Source: Erysipelotrichia bacterium (GTDB lineage Bacteria; Bacillota_I; Bacilli_A; RFN20; CAG-826). Taken from it: DNA of 64,000 bases. Below, piece after piece: positions 59,437 through 64,000 of this stretch; the first letter of the stretch is position 1, and each line of letters starts with the position of its first letter. Made by a program: the position numbers and the translations under genes. Location: contig JAAYJX010000107.1 in the NCBI GenBank assembly GCA_012522695.1, positions 22,408 through 86,407 of the forward strand, written 5' to 3'. The notes under the pieces are model-generated. The model saw only the letters and a program-made list of their open reading frames with translations. It ran no database searches and was not told the DNA's origin.

Positions 59437-59907
59437 TTTCTTAATAGAAATAGTCTAAAGAGACATCTTTGTTCGGTAAATTCACCATGTTTTGATTCTA
59501 ACCCCATTACTTGTTAGAGATCACTTGTGAAAAGATGCCTTTCTCACTAACTTGTTTAGACTTGTTAGGAGTCCCTCTAAAGAATAAAACGATGCTAACC
59601 GAGAATTGCCCAGAATCAATTAGTTATCTTATTCTTTCGGCAACTGGCTACCATCGTTTTGAAGGCCCTATAGTTTTGCGTCGCTAAATTTCTTTAGTTT
59701 TGCCTTTTTCGGTATTGATTATATAACAACTCAATAATCTTGTAAAGCCTTTTAATCAAAATTAGTCATATTTCACTAAATTATTACATTTTACTATGTA
59801 AAGAATGCAAAAAGACATATACTTTATCCAGTTATAACAACCTTAAACATAAAGAAAAAACCACCTAGAGATGGCTTTTCTTCATCTATTAATAATATCT
59901 AAATTAA

Positions 59908-60267
59908 TTATTTTTCTTTTTTAGCCGCTAATTCTTTTTCAAGTTCTTCACGTGCTTGACGACGCGCTTCTTCTAAAAGTTCTTCGTGCGATAAAGCCGC
60001 TACAGCGCCTTCTTTTTCCGTCATTAATGATTTAACAAGTAAGAAGACATTAAACAAGAATAGAATGATTAAAGGCAATACAATTAAAACAAAGAACCAA
60101 ACAGGATTCATTTGTAACCATTTAATAAACATATTAGATGATTCCCCTAACGTAGTTAAGGCAACAATTGAAATAGTAACGAGAACAACGGTAAGTACGA
60201 TCTGTGCGATAACTAAAACCAAATTCAGCCAGCTAGGCAATTTAATTTTTGTTTTTTCTTTATTCAT
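59908..60267 (-). CDS. Small membrane protein (2 TM, charged C-terminal helix)
   Basis: 119 aa. Two hydrophobic helices, then EELLEEARRQAREELEKELAAKKEK. Confidence 0.5.
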   Translation of the reverse strand: MNKEKTKIKLPSWLNLVLVIAQIVLTVVLVTISIVALTTLGESSNMFIKWLQMNPVWFFVLIVLPLIILFLFNVFLLVKSLMTEKEGAVAALSHEELLEEARRQAREELEKELAAKKEK

Positions 60268-60330
60268 ATATGAGCTCCATGCATATTAAAAAAATATATT
60301 CTTTACGATAAAACTATCTTAATAGAAAAA

Positions 60331-60371
60331 AACTAGGGTGTCAAATTAAATTTATTCGACAAGCCCTAGTT
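60331..60371 (-). terminator. Terminator hairpin after TasA-like gene 1 (copy A of a repeated element)
   Basis: AACTAGGG...GCCCTAGTT inverted repeat followed by a T-run on the minus strand. Confidence 0.6.
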
Positions 60372-60406
60372 ATTTTAGAAAACTACGTTATAAACTTTGT
60401 AAGAAA

Positions 60407-61300
60407 TTAAGCAATAACTGGTAATGCGTACATCTTAAGATCGATTTTAAAGACACCACCGATAGCAGCGTTAACTGCGTGTTCGTCTTCGCCTTCAATC
60501 CAAAAACGGAAAGTGACATCAACAGTTGGAGCAGCGGATGTAAGTGTAAGGAAGGGTTCATAATTGTCAGCAGCAGCTTCTGCTACAGTTGGGTAGTAAT
60601 CAAATGCAGCGCCTTCCACAACGTCAGTTAAAACTTCAGTGTCAAGATATTCTTTAACACCCCAAGCTTCATCTTGGTCATCACCAGTTTTGGTTAAATA
60701 ATTGTAAGTTGTTTCTGCTTCAGGTGAATAATGATAAAATGCAGCTCCACCTTTAATCGCGGCCATACGAACGGCTTTAACAGCAGCAACGTCTGCGGCA
60801 TCAGCGCTTGCAGCGGTAACTGCAGTGCCTGCGTCAAAATAAACGTTTAAATCATTTGTTGATTGTGCGCCTGAGCCACGAGCGATTGTTAATGTAAAGT
60901 CAATTAAATAACCATCGGCATCACCAGCAGCGGCTAATGTAATATCATCAATACGATCGGCAACTTGGCCTCCGCCATAGGTGTTGGCCTTCCAGACTGG
61001 TTTGTAAAAATCAATACCGTCGCCGGAAATGTCAGTAACCTTGTTACCGCCTGAAAGAACAACATTATTAACAGTTTTACCATCATTAACATAATCATTA
61101 GTTGTGGCAGTCATAGTGTTTAGGGATGAAACATAGTGAACACTTAAGTCATTATCTTGTGTTTCAACGGTTGCGCTACTATATGAGATAGATGCGCTAC
61201 GGACGGTTGTAAACCAAGCAAATGTTGAGCTGGTTGCAGCAATACCACTTAAAACAACGAGTCCCATAATTGTAAGTAATACTTTATTTTTCTTATTCAT
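60407..61300 (-). CDS. Secreted TasA/camelysin-like protein with SipW-cognate signal peptide (paralogue 1)
   Basis: 297 aa. MNKKNKVLLTIMGLVVLSGIAATSSTFAWFTTV matches the SipW-dependent signal class (compare B. cereus CalY ...GGGTFAFFSD). The mature part is Ala/Thr/Gly-rich. The conserved C-terminus FRFWIEGEDEHAVNAAIGGVFKIDLKMYALPV is present. Confidence 0.7.
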   Translation of the reverse strand: MNKKNKVLLTIMGLVVLSGIAATSSTFAWFTTVRSASISYSSATVETQDNDLSVHYVSSLNTMTATTNDYVNDGKTVNNVVLSGGNKVTDISGDGIDFYKPVWKANTYGGGQVADRIDDITLAAAGDADGYLIDFTLTIARGSGAQSTNDLNVYFDAGTAVTAASADAADVAAVKAVRMAAIKGGAAFYHYSPEAETTYNYLTKTGDDQDEAWGVKEYLDTEVLTDVVEGAAFDYYPTVAEAAADNYEPFLTLTSAAPTVDVTFRFWIEGEDEHAVNAAIGGVFKIDLKMYALPVIA

Positions 61301-61336
61301 AATTTTAAATTCTCCTTTTGTAATGAATATTCTTTA

Positions 61337-62227
61337 TTATAAGTTTACGGGTAATCCGTAAAGTTGTAATTCGATGTCGAATAATCCGCCAATGGCGTCA
61401 TTATCACAATGAACATCTTCACCTTCGAGCCATGCACGGAAGGTAACATCAACTGAAGCTCCTTTTGCCACACTAGCAATTGCAGTTGTAGCACCATCAG
61501 CAGTAGTCACATCAGTGTATTCAACAAACGCATTGTAATAAGGTCCGGCGTGGACAGCGGTTGTATACCCGTCTACACTATAAAGGTCTTCACCAGCGTC
61601 TTCGACAATGTGCTTATGTCCACCAGCTTCTGCTTCAGGTGAATAAATTAAGACGACAGCATCAGCTGCGCTAATAACAGCTAAGCGTGCAGCTTTAACA
61701 GCGGCAGCATTTTTAGCTTCTTGAGCTAATTCTTCTGGTGTTGCAGTACCCCCAGCGTATTCAACTTCTTTAGCAATAATTTTTGTGTCTGGACCAAGAT
61801 ATACTTTCATATCATCATCACCAATATCGTCAAGACTAATCGTGATCGTAAAGTCAACGTAATAACCATCAGCGCTTGTTGCACCCACGGTTGGAATTTC
61901 ATTAGCGACACGAGCAGATGGTTTGTCAAGTAGTGAATTCCAAACAGGTTTGTAAAAAACAAGACCATCACTTGAGACGTCTGTAATATCATTAATGCCA
62001 TCTAAAATGATTTCGTTGGCACTGCCAGTATCAGTCATACCAGAGTTTAATGAAGATTTAAAAGCAATATCTAAATTACCTTCTTTAGTAACGACTTTCG
62101 CGCTGGAATAATGTAGGGAAGCTGTTCGCGCAGTATAAAACCAAGCAAACGTTGAACTAATAGCAGCAATTCCGCTTAAAAAAGCTAAGCCAATTGTTGC
62201 TAATAAAATTTTGTTTTTCTTATTCAT
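61337..62227 (-). CDS. Secreted TasA/camelysin-like protein with SipW-cognate signal peptide (paralogue 2)
   Basis: 296 aa. MNKKNKILLATIGLAFLSGIAAISSTFAWFYTART. C-terminus FRAWLEGEDVHCDNDAIGGLFDIELQLYGLPV. Confidence 0.7.
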   Translation of the reverse strand: MNKKNKILLATIGLAFLSGIAAISSTFAWFYTARTASLHYSSAKVVTKEGNLDIAFKSSLNSGMTDTGSANEIILDGINDITDVSSDGLVFYKPVWNSLLDKPSARVANEIPTVGATSADGYYVDFTITISLDDIGDDDMKVYLGPDTKIIAKEVEYAGGTATPEELAQEAKNAAAVKAARLAVISAADAVVLIYSPEAEAGGHKHIVEDAGEDLYSVDGYTTAVHAGPYYNAFVEYTDVTTADGATTAIASVAKGASVDVTFRAWLEGEDVHCDNDAIGGLFDIELQLYGLPVNL

Positions 62228-62368
62228 GTAGAAAATCCTCCAATAGATTTCTCCTTTGTTGTTAAGGAGTTGTGAGGTCCAAATTGTTAATGGGACAATG
62301 GCCTCAAAGCGGGCAATTCGCTTCTAGTATCCATCAACGAGGGAGGTCAAATAAATACTAGCACCATT

Positions 62369-62398
62369 ATTATAGTATGTTTTGTAACTAAAATGCAA
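62369..62398 (-). promoter_or_regulatory. Promoter for the paralogue-2/1 transcript
   Basis: Minus strand TTGCAT, 18 nt spacer, TATAAT. It predicts a ~135-nt 5' leader. Confidence 0.5.
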
Positions 62399-62692
62399 GT
62401 ATTATGTTGTTACGAAGTAACAAGAAATTAAATTTTTAACATTTTTAAAAGTTTTTTGAAAAAAATTCGCTTTATTTTTATAAATTTAGATTTTTTAAGT
62501 GAATAAGTGACTTTGAAAAATGTGTGATTTTTTTAGTTTTTGTTTCTTTTTAAAAAACCATTATTTTTGTCGTAAAAAATATTTTTTTGCCTTGTGATGT
62601 TTTTTATAATAAAAATTGAGTTTTTTTGAGACTATTTTAGCCTTTTTGAAAAAACTAAATTTTAAAAATTATAAAAGCTGTTTTGGATAAAA

Positions 62693-62733
62693 AAACTAGG
62701 GCTTTTTATAAGTAAATTGTTTGCCCTAGTTAT
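62693..62733 (-). terminator. Terminator hairpin after TasA-like gene 3 (copy B of the repeated element)
   Basis: AACTAGGGC-(loop)-GCCCTAGTT with the same stem sequence as at 60331-60371. A T-run follows on the minus strand. Confidence 0.6.
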
Positions 62734-62755
62734 TTTGTTAGTTTATAAGAATTAA

Positions 62756-63829
62756 TTAAATGACTGACAATGCATACATTCTTAGGTCAATACTAAAGAC
62801 ACCACCAATTGCGGCGTTAACTGCATCATCGTCTTCGCCTTCAACCCAAAAGCGGAAAGTAATATGAGCAGTTGGATCAGCTTCAGTAAGTGTAAGAAGG
62901 GGTTTATAATTTGCGTCTTCAGCTTCGACAACAGTTGAAAAATATTTAAACTCAGAACCTTTTTCATTTATTGTCGGTGTTGAAGGGTCATCTTGAATAC
63001 CTTCAACAGCATTAATCACATCTTCAGGATCAGCGGCATCACCTAAAATTGATGTATTAGAATAACCTAAAATAGTATAAGTAGTTCCACCACTGTCTTC
63101 ACTTAAATAATTATAAAGAGGCTCCGCGTGTGGCGCGTAATAGAAAATAGGCTTTAAGGGGCTTATATCGTCTATTACGGGATTATCAGGGTCAGTAATG
63201 TCATAAGTAACATCTGTTTCAATTACGGCCATTCTTACGGCTTCAACGACTTTATTATTTCGATCTTGTTGTTCAATTTGAGCATTACTTGGATTTTGAT
63301 TTTCGCCTATAACATCAATTGGCGAAATAAGTGTCCCACGATCAAAATAAATATTTAAATCATTTGGCGAATAAAGGTTAACACCACGAGCTATTTCTAA
63401 AGTAAAATCAATTAAATATCCATCAGCAGATTTAGTAAGATTGCCTTTATTATCTTTGTAAGATAAATCTATTTCATTAATATAGTCAGCTATACTTGCA
63501 TCGCCTGGATCATAAGCACTCCAAACAGGTTTGTAAAAATTAATGCCATCGCCTGAAATATCAGTAACTTTGTTAAGACCAGAAAGGACAACATTATTAG
63601 AACTTTTTCCTTCATTAACAGAAAGATTTGTTGTTGCGGTCACTGAATTAAGTGATGATATATATTTAACACTTAGGTCGTTATTTTTTGTTTCAACAGT
63701 TGCGCTTGTAAAAGAAATTATCGCACTACGAACGGTAGTAAACCAAGCAAAGGTTGAACCAGTCGCCGCCGCACCACTTAAAACAACAAGGCCAATTGTT
63801 GTTAGTAATAATTTATTTTTCTTATTCAT
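62756..63829 (-). CDS. Secreted TasA/camelysin-like protein with SipW-cognate signal peptide (paralogue 3, with ~60-aa insertion)
   Basis: 357 aa. MNKKNKLLLTTIGLVVLSGAAATGSTFAWFTTV. N-terminal 110 aa nearly identical to paralogue 1. C-terminus FRFWVEGEDDDAVNAAIGGVFSIDLRMYALSV. Confidence 0.7.
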   Translation of the reverse strand: MNKKNKLLLTTIGLVVLSGAAATGSTFAWFTTVRSAIISFTSATVETKNNDLSVKYISSLNSVTATTNLSVNEGKSSNNVVLSGLNKVTDISGDGINFYKPVWSAYDPGDASIADYINEIDLSYKDNKGNLTKSADGYLIDFTLEIARGVNLYSPNDLNIYFDRGTLISPIDVIGENQNPSNAQIEQQDRNNKVVEAVRMAVIETDVTYDITDPDNPVIDDISPLKPIFYYAPHAEPLYNYLSEDSGGTTYTILGYSNTSILGDAADPEDVINAVEGIQDDPSTPTINEKGSEFKYFSTVVEAEDANYKPLLTLTEADPTAHITFRFWVEGEDDDAVNAAIGGVFSIDLRMYALSVI

Positions 63830-63856
63830 TTTTTTATTTCTCCATAAGCTTTTTAT

Positions 63857-64000
63857 TGATCGTAATGTTTACGAATTTCGATTGTTTCAATTGTAAAAGT
63901 CAGACCTTGATAAACATTAGAGTTACCTAATGTTGATTTTTCATAAAAAACATCACCATTATCTTTTGAGGCAAATTTATAAAAAGTTGAGGGGTCGCCA
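63857..64000 (-). CDS. 3' end of an upstream gene (partial, unknown function), probably co-transcribed with paralogue 3
   Basis: My translation of the minus frame gives ...GDPSTFYKFASKDNGDVFYEKSTLGNSNVYQGLTFTIETIEIRKHYDQ*, stopping at 63857-63859. Only 27 nt separate it from the GGAGAAAT RBS and the paralogue-3 start. Confidence 0.4.

Noticed and set aside
59861-59895. Hairpin terminator after the small membrane gene (CCACCTAGAGATGG region)
   Set aside because: Only about 3 bp can pair, so it is not a convincing stem-loop despite the flanking A/T runs.
62228-62368. Calling the paralogue-2 leader a c-di-GMP riboswitch outright
   Set aside because: I could not find the GEMM-I signature (GGACGCAAAGCC...) or confidently recall the class-II consensus. 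It is kept as an unclassified structured leader in the findings rather than annotated as a riboswitch.
1439-63896. About 33 short plus- or minus-strand ORFs (60-135 aa) in the track that lie antisense to or inside long conserved genes. Examples: 1439-1624, 5598-5831, 7398-7598, 8826-9128, 10792-11034, 12122-12430, 18561-18743, 19559-19744, 20810-21025, 21692-22024, 23196-23489, 25384-25617, 25747-26019, 26008-26214, 26587-26802, 26982-27227, 30001-30201, 34670-35077, 38131-38466, 39667-39849, 40327-40548, 40407-40598, 43396-43608, 45665-45904, 51538-51726, 54542-54817, 58212-58469, 58944-59153, 60065-60289, 61807-62001, 62782-62967, 63543-63896.
   Set aside because: Each is fully embedded in or antisense to a well-supported CDS. 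Their composition is low-complexity (K/F/L/S-rich, typical of AT-rich antisense frames). They lack RBS-like sequences and show no recognisable motifs. I treat them as spurious.
1-64000. Mycoplasma-type genetic code 4 (TGA = Trp)
   Set aside because: All conserved genes (recA, argS, mnmG, ntpA/B and others) are full length in standard-code translation and use TGG for Trp. If TGA encoded Trp here, these ORFs would appear truncated at in-frame TGAs in the track, and they do not. The pattern fits an Acholeplasma-like code-11 organism.
1-64000. Scan for tRNA, rRNA, CRISPR arrays and IS/transposase genes
   Set aside because: No GGTTCGAATCC-type T-arm motifs in the intergenics. No repeat-spacer periodicity. 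No transposase-like ORFs or terminal inverted repeats flanking the accessory region. None called.

Overview
This is an AT-rich (about 30% GC) window, almost entirely minus-strand coding, from a Firmicute-derived genome that looks like a Mollicute (Acholeplasmataceae-like). Full-length proteins appear under the standard genetic code, so TGA is a stop, not Trp. The first ~49 kb is housekeeping backbone whose gene order closely follows Bacillus subtilis:
- cysQ-like, nrnA, fba, rpoE, argS, ispF, ychF, csp
- an ABC/FtsX transporter trio
- tcdA, miaA, ymcA, miaB, rny, recA, cinA, pgsA, rnpB (RNase P RNA), gpsB-like, recU, nth, dnaD
- a truncated cca, then hup, gpsA, der, cmk, fer
- an FMN riboswitch with a ribU-like ECF S-component
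- a complete Enterococcus-type Na+ V-ATPase operon, ntpF-I-K-E-C-G-A-B-D, preceded by a PucR-like regulator
- parA, rsmG, mnmG, sufCDSUB, two large lipoproteins (one PrsA/parvulin-like) and a HIT protein
The last ~14.5 kb (49.5-64 kb) looks accessory. It carries two EAL-type c-di-GMP phosphodiesterases with degenerate GGDEF domains, one of them with REC and PAS domains. It also carries a SipW-like (ER/archaeal-type, SMEP motif) signal peptidase. Beside these sit a membrane-anchored McrB-like AAA_5 ATPase with a coiled-coil partner, a TapA-like anchored protein, and three tandem paralogous secreted proteins. The three paralogs have SipW-cognate (TasA/camelysin-type, 'TFAWF') signal peptides, long structured leaders, direct-repeat operators and a reused terminator hairpin. 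I interpret this as a previously undescribed TasA/SipW-like extracellular fibre system linked to c-di-GMP in an apparently wall-less lineage. No tRNA, rRNA, CRISPR or IS elements were seen.
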